The notes below the pieces were generated by a model. It was not told the origin of the DNA. It did not search any database and worked only from the letters and a program-made list of their open reading frames with translations. 64,000 nucleotides of DNA from Lama guanicoe (Eukaryota). Positions 9,971-63,400 of this stretch are shown one piece after another (position 1 is the stretch's first letter; every line of letters begins with the position of its first letter). The position numbers and the translations under genes are program-made. Location: the NCBI GenBank assembly GCA_013239625.1, contig MU055753.1, positions 2,596,702 to 2,660,701 on the forward strand. Reading direction: 5' to 3'.

Positions 9971-10763
9971 GGACTGAGTGCCCAGCCTCTGAGATGCTAA
10001 TTTATTTCCCAAGTCCTCAGGTACAGCGGGCTGTGCCCGGCCCCACCTCCTGGGCAGACATCTATCTCCCCTTGCTAAGGATCCAGGCTGCGGGGAGGGA
10101 ATCTGCACTTCCTGTTATCCTCCCCCTAAATTATTACCTCCTGCCCCCTTGCTGAGTGCACTCACCTCCAGCCACCGCTGTGTGTCTATTGTCAGTAATT
10201 TATGTGGGGTTAAAATGTATATATTTTTGTACGTCGCTTTTTTTCAGTAGGGTCAAGGGGCTTGGTGGCTGAACCAACCTGCACCCACTGTCACCCACAG
10301 CGAGGGGGAGCTGGGACTGCAGAGCTGGCCTTCTTCCCCAGACACCTGCCTTTATGGCTGGGGAAGCAACAGCTGCTTCTTGGAACCAAGTCTGGCCTTG
10401 GGCAGATGGGGCTGTTGGATGGGGCACCATCACCACTGTGGCCTTATTTTCCTGCCCTGCCCAAGGTGGGGCAGGGAGAAGGAAGGCCTAGGGCCTGCTG
10501 GCGTCAGGTCTAGGGGAGGGACAGGGCCCGTGCATGGCACAGGACCCCAGGGTAGGTAAGGGGAAAGACCTCTCCCCGGGAGCTGGCTCTCGGGCCAGGA
10601 GAGGTGAGTGTGACAGTGCATGTGTGAAAACCCGCATGGTGGCACGTGAGGCTTTCCTGAGGGTGAGGCCCCACTAGCAGCCAGATAGGCCACTGCCCTT
10701 GTCCAGTGGGCATGGCCAAAGCTACAGCCTTAATCCCACCCTGTCCCCTGATAGACGAAGTCA

Positions 10764-10769
10764 AATAAA
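10764..10769 (+). terminator. PKD1: PKD1 polyadenylation signal AATAAA (proximal, probably main)
   Basis: AATAAA about 1.06 kb after the stop codon, followed by GT-rich CGTCTGTCTGTCT. Confidence 0.8.
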
Positions 10770-10834
10770 TGAGTTGGCTGACTTGACCGCTCCCGTCTGT
10801 CTGTCTAAGCGCACAGGCCTGGGAACAATGGCAC

Positions 10835-10840
10835 TTTATT
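10835..10840 (-). terminator. TSC2: TSC2 polyadenylation signal (AATAAA on minus)
   Basis: TTTATT on plus about 140 nt beyond the TSC2 stop; 65 bp from the PKD1 signal, matching the known tail-to-tail arrangement. Confidence 0.85.
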
Positions 10841-10978
10841 TGCGCAAATAAATACCTCCCAGCGCCTCCTGGGAGCAGAGAGGGACCAGCAGCACGGCTG
10901 CTCAGGTGACAGGAGCCTGGGCACATACTCAGCATCTGGGAGACCCCAGTGGGGCTGGGCAGCCGCTCACGCACAGCC

Positions 10979-47131
<36,153 letters not shown>

Positions 47132-47579
47132 CTAGGTCTCTAGTGGGCACGTACTTTCCTCCCACAGCCCCTGGGAGAACTTAACCACAACCCGGAGGTC
47201 CCGCCCAGAAATAAACGTGGGAAATGCCAGGCCGCACACCCGCATAGTCTGACTCAATGCATGGAGTGAGGGAGGGGAACTGGGGACGGGGGCGGCCGCC
47301 GTGGGGTCCAAGGAGCCCTGACGTTTGCCATCTCCCCCTGTGGAGGACTATCAGGGGATGCCGGAAGCAGGGACTCCCTCGCACCAGACATGACTTAAAA
47401 CCAAAGAAAGCTTGGAGCTCCAGGGTCAGGCTGCAGTGGGCGCGGACACTGCGGGGTCCGCCCCCGCCGCCTTAGCGCGAAGCAGGCCCGGAGAGGCCGC
47501 CTCCCCTGCGGCCCTGTCGGGGCCGGCCACCCCGCGGTCGGAGCAGGCGCCAGCGGTCGGAACGCCGCGAGCCACTCAC

Positions 47580-47680
47580 CACTGACCGCGCCTGCCGCGC
47601 ACCGGGCCGTCCCGGAGCGGAGAACCGAGCACACCCCCGGCCCCAAGCCGCCGCCGGAAGCGCGACCCGCGCTTCCGGCA
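47580..47680 (-). other. TSC2: TSC2 non-coding exon 1 (5' end approximate)
   Basis: Donor GTG|GTGAGT at 47580/47579 within the CpG island; TSS inferred near the ETS pair. Confidence 0.65.
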
Positions 47681-47798
47681 GCGGGAGGGCGCCGGGGGCT
47701 GGCGTAGGGCTTGCTGGGAGTCGTAGTTCTGGGTGGATCTCCCGCGGAAAGGCTGGGCAGGTGTCGAGTAACGTGACGGGGCCGCGGGCGTCGCCGGG

Positions 47799-53536
<5,738 letters not shown>

Positions 53537-53616
53537 GGGCCATGGGGCCTCTGCCTGGGCGCCACTTTGGCTACTATCTGTTCTGTGCCTTTGCTGGGGA
53601 GCCACAGCCTGTTTAT

Positions 53617-53622
53617 AATAAA
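53617..53622 (+). terminator. NTHL1: NTHL1 polyadenylation signal
   Basis: AATAAA 80 nt after the stop codon, with GT-rich sequence downstream. Confidence 0.85.
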
Positions 53623-54392
53623 GCTTGGGGGTTGTTTGCAGTTAAGGTCTGGCTGACTTCTACCCCTAGGGGATGGGGGCAGGCTGGGAAGCACATGCAT
53701 GAGCTGTGTGCCTGTGCTCACGTGTGTCTGGAATGGGGCCGCCTGGGAGGCCGGGATGGGGACGTGACAATCTGGGCTGCGAGCTCGAGGGGAGGTGGGG
53801 GAGCAGAAGCCCGGGAGGGCTGGGGAGCTGGATCGTGGGAGCCAGCTGCAGCCAGCTGTCAGAAGCCTCGGGATACTGGAAGCCTGGGCTGCCTCCCTCA
53901 GCATCTGGCTGGGGACCTAGAAACACAGCCCCCTCCTGAACTTGTGCACCCTGAGAGCCCAGCCTCTGCCAGGAGGCCCCACCCCCAGTGTTTACAGAGC
54001 CACCTGGCCTCAAAGGAATACTAGCAGGCCTAGGCAGGGCACCACAGGGCCGAAGGCGTGACCTGTGTGTACCTGCTGGGGGTGTCAGGGGCCCAGAAGG
54101 CTTCACAGGGAGATGCGAGTGAGAGGGGGTAAGGTTTCTGAGGCATGGGGATCCCAAGTAGGCTGGGGAGGAGAGGGGGATAAAAGAGGAGCTAGAACTA
54201 AGAGGGGCCTGGGCTTGGCTGCCAGGCAGACGGATTTGGGGAGGGAAGGCTTAGGAATGGGACTCAGTTTCCAGCAGCTGAGACTTGGGGAGCTGCTCGG
54301 CTGCACCCCCCTGCTTGGACCATGACGCCCTTATCCCCGCCCAAACTGAAGGTTCAGCAAGGACAGAGACAGCCAAGGCTCCAAGGAAAGAC

Positions 54393-54398
54393 TTTATT
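54393..54398 (-). terminator. SLC9A3R2: SLC9A3R2 distal polyadenylation signal
   Basis: AATAAA on minus, about 965 nt past the stop codon, followed by GT/T-rich sequence. Confidence 0.7.
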
Positions 54399-54896
54399 CC
54401 TAGGGCGCGCATGCGCTATGGCTTACAGGGCAGACAGCGATGTCGGTCAGTTGGTCAGGTTCTGGGCAGGGGGGAAGGCAGAGTTGGTGGGGTTTCCTCA
54501 AGGAGGGCTCCCAGCGGGGGCCAAGCCCAGAGCCTGAGGTCCTTCCTGGGGACAGGCCCTCACAGTCACACCTCGAAGACCTGAGGCTGCTGTTCAGGGA
54601 CAAAGGGTCTGTCCAGAGGCTGCCCTCTTCAGGGGCACAGGGCCTCCATCCTCAGGCCCATCAAAGAGCCCAGGCCCTGCACCCCAGACATCCCCACCCC
54701 AGGGAGGGCAGGGATGGAGCAGAGGGGCAGTTCCTACAGCCATGTGAACTGGCAACCCCAGCCTCACCCAAAGCCGGCATGAACACAGCCTGGGAGCCCC
54801 CCAGCTCTGTCCCTGGAAGTTCCTGGGACTGACTTCCACTTGCGATGGCTGCTGCTGAGGGGGTGGGGAGGAAACGGTTTGCAGAGAAAGGTTTGT

Positions 54897-54902
54897 TTTA
54901 TT
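54897..54902 (-). terminator. SLC9A3R2: SLC9A3R2 proximal polyadenylation signal
   Basis: AATAAA on minus, about 460 nt past the stop codon. Confidence 0.7.
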
Positions 54903-55361
54903 GCAATTATTTAGAGAGCATGTCCTGAGGGTGGTGGAGGCGGGGGCTCTGGTGTAAGTGGAAACATGTGTGGAGCTAGAGCTCTTTTTGGAAAAAAAGC
55001 AGTAACACAAATTCCTTTAAGTCAGCAGGCCCAGGCAGAGCAGCAAGGGCCCGGCCCACGATCACCACTGCCTCTCCCTCTCTCTTCTCTGATCACTTTC
55101 TCTCTGGGTGTCTCTCACATCTTAGGGGCTCCCTGTCCCCATCTTGCTGCCATGCTCCCCCAGCACCCAGCAGGGAGGAGGCAGCATCAGGGCTCGCTAG
55201 GGCACGGGTTCCTGGGTGGTGGTGGGACCACCATAGCTTAGGGGGTGAGGATGCCCCCCTCCTGTCCACTGAGGCTTGGGGAGCTGTGGACAGGGCCCAA
55301 GGGGCAAGGCCCAAGGTCCGTGCGGGGAGGAGGCCCGGCCGGGGGACAGGCAGGGAGGGGC

Positions 55362-55520
55362 TCAGAAGTTGCTAAAGATCTCTCGCTTCCGGTTCCAGTC
55401 CATCTGCGGTGCCCGCTTGTTGACCCTAGTGGCTCTTGCCTTCTCCTTGGCCTCAGCCGCAGTGGGGCTCAGGTGGAGGCCACTCTCCTGAAAAGGGTCG
55501 CGTTTCCAGGTGCTGCTGTC
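55362..55520 (-). CDS. SLC9A3R2: SLC9A3R2 exon 7 coding part (alternative in-frame acceptor at 55487)
   Basis: [27 protein letters not shown]...REIFSNF-TGA. Confidence 0.94.
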   Translation of the reverse strand, partial: DSSTWKRDPFQESGLHLSPTAAEAKEKARATRVNKRAPQMDWNRKREIFSNF

Positions 55521-58500
55521 CTAGGGGCGGACACGGTAGGCAGGTGGCCAGAGTGAGCCCTGGACCCAAGCCCCTGGACAGGTGACCCTTCCCAGAGAGC
55601 TCACACCAGAGGCCACCTGGTAGGGCTGGGGCAGCAGGCCCAGGAGGGCTTCCTAGAGGTGGTGGCCTCACAGCCCAGGCTGTCAGTTCCAGACACCCGC
55701 TCCCAGGGCCTCAGGCCCCCCAGTGTGTGAACATAGCAGTGGAGGTGGACAGGCACCCGCTACCTCAGTGTCCTTGTCTAAGTCAGGCAGATAGCTTCGG
55801 GATGAGCATGCTGAGCCACCATTGAGCTGGGAAACCAACGGTAAGGCGTGGCTTTAGGGGCCCCGCCCAGGAGCTGCTGGCGCACACACAAGCTTACACG
55901 CACACACACATACACACATGCATACACCAGAGCTGCATTTCCTCCTTGGTTTGGCAATGGCCACTGAGCCTCCACTATATTGTCCTACGGGGCTGGGGTG
56001 TAGCTAACCCAGGACCCAGGATGCACAGGGCACTAAAGCTGGAAGTGACAGGGCCACTGTAACTACACAAGGACAGAGATCTCGGGAGGGACTCTGTCAA
56101 GCCTGGGGACCCCCCAGAGGGGCCCACCTGGGTCCACCCTGTCCACTTCCACCCTCTCACCTGGGAGGAGCTGGTCCCGTTGGTGACTGGTGATGGCAAT
56201 GGACCTGTGGGGACAGTGTGTCAGTGGCCACCCAGCCCCTCAATGCTGTACCCCAGCCCTGGCCCCCAGGGCAGCAGCCCACCTTCTACATGTTCCTCGG
56301 TGGGTGTGACCCGCAGCCTCTTGAAGTACTCATCCGATTCGGGGTCCACCACCAGCAGCCGGGCCTCGTCCTCCCGTGCCTTGATGATGGCCACCACCTC
56401 TGCATGGCGCAGCCCCTCCACATTCTGCCCATTCACCTGCCGCCACCAACATAGGGTCAGTGTTGCCTGAGGGCAGGCCCCAGCCAGCCCCCCAAGCCAC
56501 CCAGCCAGGGGTGGTATCAAATATTCATCAATACTGTCACCAGCTACAGCAGCAAGAGGAGTGACAGCTCAGGTTCCCGGCATCTCCCCTCCACCCAGTG
56601 AGGACCCAGGGCCCAGACACACACACACACACACACACGGAAGGGCATGGGTGAAGACACATACAGAAAGGACACAGACACAGACACAGACACTCACACA
56701 CGGGGTACCCGGAACCCCAAGTCCCGGCAGCAGGTACCTCGATGAGTCGGTCCTGGGCACGGAGGCCAGAGTGAGCGGCAGGTGAACCTGGGTCCACAGA
56801 GCGGATGTACTGTCCAGGCCGGGACTTGTCACTGTGCAAGTTAAACCCGTAGCCCTGGGGACCTTTTCGCAGGTGGCAGAGTCTCGGGCGCAGCTCCCTC
56901 AGGGGCCCATTGACATCCTGCAGGCACAGGGAATGCGGGTAAGGCTCCAGCCCTGACCTCCCACCCTTAGAGGCACTGACCCCACCCCTGAGGCCTCCCG
57001 CCCAGTGTGTGAACACAGCCACAAAGGTGGCAGGAGGGAGCCCCAACCCCACACTTGGCATCATGCCCTCACCCACCCCCTCAGCAATCCCAGATGGCAG
57101 AGATCAACACTGCTGCTTCACACCCATGCCCCAGGGGACCCTTGAGGCTGCCTGTGACCAATCCAGCTTCAGGATCTTGGACAAAGTCTCAGTTTCCAAA
57201 CCCCAAAATCACTAGCAATGGGATCAAGGGCCTTACGGGGGTGCTGGGAGAATCAGTGGGCTCAAGGATAGAGCTGAGCACAGACCAGGGTCCTAGGAGA
57301 GACCAGGTGAGATGAGCTAGTGTTCTAGGAGGGCTGTCCCCTTGGGCCCCACCTGCTCCCCACCAACCCCCCCCTCACAGCGTGGGACTGGCCGGGTTGG
57401 ACCTGGCAGTTTTGTTTTCTCTCCCAAAGGTCTCCATAGGACTGGTGGCAGTGTGGCTAGCCGTTTTTGTGTTTGCTTTCACATTCCAGAGCAAACTGGA
57501 GCTGCCCTCACCCCCACAGGGCCCAGAGATGCCTGAGCTGGAGCCCAGGGAGGGAGAGAGTGAGAGGGCCGAGGATGGAGCCTGCCCTCCCACCTTCTCT
57601 GCCCACCCAGCAGGCCCAGGGTGCCCCCATCCACACCCCAAGCCCCTGCCTCCCTTACCTCTGGCATCCTGCAGTAGGGCTCTGGCTGTGGGGTGCGGGG
57701 AGCCGTGCAGGCAGGGGCCAGACCCCAGTACCCCCACCCAGCTGGGGCCTGAGGCAGTGACCACAGTGCTGAGTGGCCAGCAGCCGCTGCTGCTCAACTC
57801 AACATGGCGGTGGCCGGAGTGAGCGGGCAGCCAGCAGCTCAGGTTTCCTGGACGCTCGGGGCCCAAGTGCGCATGTAGGTGAGACTATGCGAGGTGGGGG
57901 TGCTCACCGGGGCCCCTTCCTTTCCTTCCACCTCCCTGTGTGTGGTGACAGACAGACCCTGGGCCAGGCCGGGGGTAGTACTGAGGGAGGGCCAGCTTCC
58001 AGGCCTCCGAGCTCCTTCCAAATCCCAAATCCGACTGAGGCCGCCTGGCTGTGGAACCAAGCATGTCTTTCTTCACAGGGTGGTAACTTGCCCTGGTCTC
58101 TGGGCCTTCCTACCTATGGGGAACACCTTCTGGTTTAGCCTGTGTCCCTTCTCCAGGACTCCTTCCCCGACCCTCAAAGCCTGCCCCCTCGGACTCCCAC
58201 TGCAGGCCACCATCTGCCCTGAAACCCCAGGAACTCTGGGGACTGGGCTGCTGCTCCTCCAGCCCCCAGCGGCGTGGCCAGGCAATGTGGGCTGAACTGG
58301 GGGTTGTGAGACCCCCAAGTTCTCCAGGACCTCATTTACAGACTCATCCCCTCCCCCAGACACACCTGGAAGTACAGGTGTGCAGCTCTGTGGCGGGCCC
58401 ACACCTCCCCAGGAGGTGCCTCTCAGGTTTGGGCTGTCAGAGCACAGGTCCCAAGCTGGGCCAGATGGAGCAGAGCCAGGGCTAGGGCCATGCATGGAAC

Positions 58501-61500
58501 GTGGAGGTGCTACAGGACCACACTTCGCATGTGGCCATGGGCCCAAGTGGCAGAAGCAAATCACAGAGTCGCAGAGACCAGACAGCCAAACATATGCTTG
58601 CAAACAGACGTGCACAGTGACCTATTGCATGAAAGGACGTCCCTCTGCGGCGGGCCCTGTGGCCTCTTCCCACGCCCTCCACAATGGTTCCAGGGCGGGG
58701 TCTCTCAAGGCCCCCAAACGGGAAGCAGGATTGGGGGGGCATCCAGGGCCATGAGGCCAGGCTGAATGAAATCACATCCGGTTTGAGACCATAGTGGCTG
58801 TCTCCCTGCCTCAATCCAGCATGGCCAAGAGATTTCTCCTAATATCTGGCCTAAATCCCTCTCTTACGGTCAGGGTCCAAGGAGTGCCAAACTAGGCCCT
58901 AGACCCTCAGGTTGAGGGGCTGCAATGGGAATTGGGGGAGCCTGGCTGCGTGGAGACCCAGCACGGAGGACCAGTGGGGAGGCGGAGAGAGCAGTGGATC
59001 AGGAGGGGGCGCAGGCTTGGCCCCGCATTGCTCACATTCCTGGCTCCTGCCCTAGCTCAGAGCACTTCCTGCCACCTCCCAGCTGGGCCCTCGGGCTCCC
59101 ACAGGCTCCCAAGCCCCAGTTCCCATCCTGGCGGTCCCAGAGCTGGACAAGCCTGAATCTCCCAGCCATGCCTGTGATCAGACAAAGAGGCTAGCATGAG
59201 AGTACCCCCAAGCCGGGCTGTGCCCCCCCAGATGGTGACTCACCAGCCCTGGCAGAGAAAGGCCCCCATTGTTGCTCAGGGTCCAGCCTGCTCCTACCAT
59301 GGTCACCAGGGTCCCTAGAGTCCCTTCTCCCAACCCTGGGGGACACAGGCTAAGCTGGCTGCTGGGGTCCTTACGTCCCACCCCACCCTCACCCCACCTG
59401 ACCTGCACAAGCCCCCGGGATGGGCTCCGTGGAGGGCCTCCTGAGGCCAGGGTGGGTGGTGTAGCCTTCCCAGAGCGGGCCATGGGAGGCGGGACAGCAG
59501 TGGCAGGCAGGGAGCGTCCAGCTGGAGTGGCCTGAGCTCTCTGGCCTGCTCAGGCTGCCACCCCATTTATCTGCCTCCAACTGTGGCACAGGTTCCCCAG
59601 GGATGGGTGGGGGCATGGGGCTGAGTCACTTTGGGGAGCCCCCCTCCCTGCTCAGGCTCCAGCCAGGCACCCCCCACCAGCTGGGTTTCCGTCCCAAGAA
59701 AGTAAGGAAGGAAACTGCTGGGAGGCCCTGCCCTGCTCCCAGGACCCAGGGCTGGGGAGACAAGGAGGTGACTCTAGCCCTGAAACATAAGACAGTCCTG
59801 GTGCAGTTCATGGGGGGACGGGGAGCAGGAACCAGGGAGCCCCAAAGCCCTCTTGTAGACATAGAAACCTATAGTAGGCAGCCACCCTCTGCAGGACTGT
59901 GGCACCTCACTATCTCTCTGCCCCCGAAGGCCTCCAGAACTGGAGGTGGAGGGATGGGCTGGGCATGAGGGACAGGAGGGCTCAGCACCTATCACACCCC
60001 CACAGCCCTGGCACCGCTAGCTGCCCCATCTCCGTCTGGGGGCGGTCCCCTATCATCACTGTCAGGATCAGCTGCACTGCAGCTGCAGCCACCCCAGCCC
60101 AGTCTGGCCCGGGGCTGAGTCACCACTGACGAGGCCCTGACCAGCCCCCCGAAGGGAGGGCCCAGCGATATCAGTGTCCTTCTCTGTGCCACCTCCCCTA
60201 TCCCTGCCCAGGACAGAGGAAACTTAGGCTGAAAGGGGGCCCATAGGGCCCTGACTCCCACCTTAGTCTGTCCCTCCCCTAGGGCACCAGGGGTGGTCCC
60301 CTTCATCCTACACCAAAGCAAACCACACACACCCCACCTCAGTTCTCCAGTCCTGCTGCCTCGGAGGCCCATAAGGGCACAGCCCTGCATTTAAGCATCA
60401 TCCTCCCAGGCTCCCTGGCAGCCCATGGTGGGTGAAAGTTAAGCTTTGTTTGTGGAGGTCAGCAGAGGCCCATTTGTCCTTCCAGTGCTCTGAGCTCATA
60501 TAATTAAATACTGGGTCTCTGGCCTGGAGGGAAGAGAGAGACCCTGTCCTCAGAGACTCCCCTGACCTTCTGGGGTCCCTGTCCCCAGGCCAGCCCCAAC
60601 CACAGAGGGACCGGACAGGCCTCACTTTGTTCCTCTAAAAATACACCCAGAGGAAGACCCCTCCTAGGGCTTCCTGCAGTCCCCAGAGCCTGAAATAGTG
60701 GAGGGGGAAGGTCCCACCCAAGGACAAGGTGCCTCCCCACCCTCCAGATAAGGCCCAAGGGCAGATTTTTCCACAGGAAGGTGAACTCAGCCATTTGTGT
60801 CTAAATCAATGGACAAACGCCGAGGGGGAGGGGGCGCTTCCTCCTGGGGATGAGATGCCCTGGGAAGGAGGGGAGCCCCAGCCCTCAGGTTGGCGACAGC
60901 AGTCAATCAGCACGCGGTCCCAGGGCTCCCCTGAGAACACAGATCTGACCCGAACACCCCCTACTCTGGCTGTCAGTGGCTCCTGGGACAAAGTCCAGCC
61001 TCCAGGACTTGGCACTGTGGCCCTCACCACCCCTACACCTGCCCTCAAGCCACAGGGAACAAAAAGGGTTGCAGGGGTTCATGCTCAGGCCTGTGCCCGG
61101 GGCTGCCTTCCCACTGGGAAGGCGGTCTCCCCTAGAAAAAGCCCCAGGCCCTGCAGCATCCAGGTCACAGGCACAACCAGCTAGCGCAAAGGCGACATTT
61201 AAGAAAGGCACAAGGCAGATGTCAGGGTCCCCTGCACATCCAGAAACTTCAGATCTCACACCTCCACCAGCCCTAGGCCACTGGTTCTCAAAGTGGGATC
61301 TGGGAACCCCTGCTCTTGAATCCCCTTTTAACAGATTTTTCTCTTTAGGGGGAAAAAAAAAAGGGTAGAGGGAGCATGAGAGACAGTAACAAGGGGCTTC
61401 CAGGACAGCAGAACAAAAAGCCCCAGGCTCCTGCGCCTGGCTTCCAAGTGCTGCCCAGGGAGGGGCACCCCCGAGGCCCTGCTATCTAGAAAGAGGTAGG

Positions 61501-62338
61501 GCAAGGCACCCCGTCCTTCTTTCCTAGCTCTTCCTGACTGGGGCGAAGGGAGGGTGGGGTAGCAAGAAGGGGGAGGGGCCCCAGTCCTTACAGACCCCAA
61601 GCTGAGTACCCAGCTTAGAGAGTCTCCTCAGCTGCCCCCATGGAGGAGGGCCATCCCCCTCTGAGGTCTTCACAGCACAAGCGGGCTCCTCAGACAAACA
61701 GACAGGGATGGAGCCACAAGCAGACAGACGCCCAACACAGGCACTGAGCTGAGCACACTCAGTCCCAGGACCTCCCAGCAGCCCCTCCCTGGGTTCCTCA
61801 GCCCCTAGGCCAGGGAGCGGGAGGCTTGTCAGAGTGACCCCTCCTTGGACAAGTGGCTCTGATGAGCATTCTGGGGAAGAGGGCTGGAGTCGGGGGCTAG
61901 GGACCAGAGCAAGGCTGCCCTGACCCCAGCTGGTTTAGAACACAGGCTGAGGGCAGAAAGAGTGGCTCCAAGTGGCCAAGAGGGTAGTAACCAGGGGCAG
62001 AGAAGGGGCTCAGAGACGCAGAAGAGTTGGAGACAGATACTTCCGGAAGGGACCAGAGGCAGAGAATGCCATCAAGAGGCAGGGAAGGTGGTTCTAGGAG
62101 AGGCCAGGGTGGTCCCTGTGGGCAGAGCCCGCCATACCTTCTGGCCAACCTCAGAGCTGAGGCTGCCTGCACGGGGCCAGTCCAGCTTTGGCTCCCAGGG
62201 GTCATGAGCAGGCGGCAGCCCTCGCTGAGCCATCTCCTCAGTGCAGGTCAGCTGCCGCCGGCGGAGCTCCTCATCTGTCTCCTTGTCCACCACCAGCAGC
62301 CGAGTCTGCCCCTCCACAGCCTTGATCCTCTGCACCAC
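55362..62338 (-). CDS. SLC9A3R2: Na+/H+ exchanger regulatory factor 2 (NHERF2), exons 2-7; exon 1 outside the window
   Basis: C-terminal half of PDZ1, PDZ2 with GYGF loop ([15 protein letters not shown]) and ERM-binding tail [13 protein letters not shown]-stop; in-frame joins. Confidence 0.98.
55764..55826 (-). CDS. SLC9A3R2: SLC9A3R2 exon 6
   Basis: [21 protein letters not shown]; 63 nt. Confidence 0.92.
56161..56204 (-). CDS. SLC9A3R2: SLC9A3R2 exon 5
   Basis: [15 protein letters not shown]; 44 nt. Confidence 0.93.
56283..56436 (-). CDS. SLC9A3R2: SLC9A3R2 exon 4
   Basis: [22 protein letters not shown]...TEEHVE; 154 nt. Confidence 0.96.
56617..56638. repeat. (AC)11 microsatellite in SLC9A3R2 intron 3
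   Basis: Read directly; followed by degenerate (GACACA)n. Confidence 0.9.
56738..56917 (-). CDS. SLC9A3R2: SLC9A3R2 exon 3
   Basis: [28 protein letters not shown]...QDRLIE; 180 nt. Confidence 0.96.
59403..59483 (-). CDS. SLC9A3R2: SLC9A3R2 alternative internal first coding exon (PDZ2-only isoform)
   Basis: [27 protein letters not shown], then donor CAG|GTCAGG in phase 0 with exon 3; resembles the N-terminus of the human short isoform as I recall it. Confidence 0.75.
62138..62338 (-). CDS. SLC9A3R2: SLC9A3R2 exon 2
   Basis: [30 protein letters not shown]...EVGQK; 201 nt. Confidence 0.96.
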
Positions 62339-63284
62339 CTGGGACAGGTAGGTGGTGGGAGCAGGTCACGGCCAGCACTCCGGGCAGCATATCACAGTGG
62401 TACCACCCAGGGCTGACCCAGGGTGGCAGGCAGGGGCAGGGGTGGGCGGCTGGACCGAGAGGCCCGCTGGCTCCACCCCCCACCCCCAGGCTCTGGCAGC
62501 TCCCTCCCTCTTCTCTTGGGGCTCCCGACACCAGGGCCCAGGCTGCAAGGGCTGCCAGGGACTTGCAGGGCCTCGGCTCAGCCCAGGGTCTTCTCCAGGA
62601 GGGGCTGGGAAGTGACAAAGACAGTGTCTGCTGTGTGCATCTTTCTGCATCAAGGTCTGTCTCCATCTGGGTTTGAGGGAGAGAGGTGTCTCCCTGAGTC
62701 CCAGTCTCAGTGTGTCTGTGCCTACTTCTGTCTTTTCTGGTGGTGAGACGTGGAAATCTAAATCTCTGCCTCTAGGCCTTCTGTTCTCTTTCAGACCATG
62801 ATCTTGGACCTATTGCTGCTGGACCTGCAGAGAGAACATCTGGGTTCCTGAGACAAAACACCTACTCAGGTACCCACAAAACACCCAATAAGCCGAATCG
62901 AGACCCAGCAGGCAGAGGTAGGGAGGGGCAGATCCACCTGAGGGAGAGGTGTGATTTGCAGGTGTCTGTGAAGTGTCAAGAGCATGCGTATGGCCACGGA
63001 GCATACATGCCAGTGTGTGCCCGCAGGGGAAGGAGCAGTGCCCACTGGGCATTGCAGTAGGAAGGGCAATACCTCAACCCCTACCGGAGCCCTGGGGGAG
63101 GGCAGACAGGATCCCCACCAGTTGCTCAGTAGATGTTGTCAACAAATAGGAGAGTTTGAACCAGACCCATGTTTGCCCCAGCCCTCCTCTGTACCTCCCT
63201 CTCCCCATGACCCATAGAGTCACAGGAGGACCCCAGCACCCTGATGCTTCCTGATTGTGAGACCTAGATGAGTCATCCGGTATC

Positions 63285-63400
63285 TCCAAGCTTCAATTTC
63301 CTCATCTGTAAAATGGGAGCTGTAACTGAACCTCCTCTCTCCCAGGATAGTGGGAAGGTGTCACATGGTCCCGTGTCTTAAGTTCTTAGAGATTAGCACT
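63285..63400 (+). mobile_element. MIR fragment
   Basis: CTTCAATTTCCTCATCTGTAAAATGGG core motif. Confidence 0.7.
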
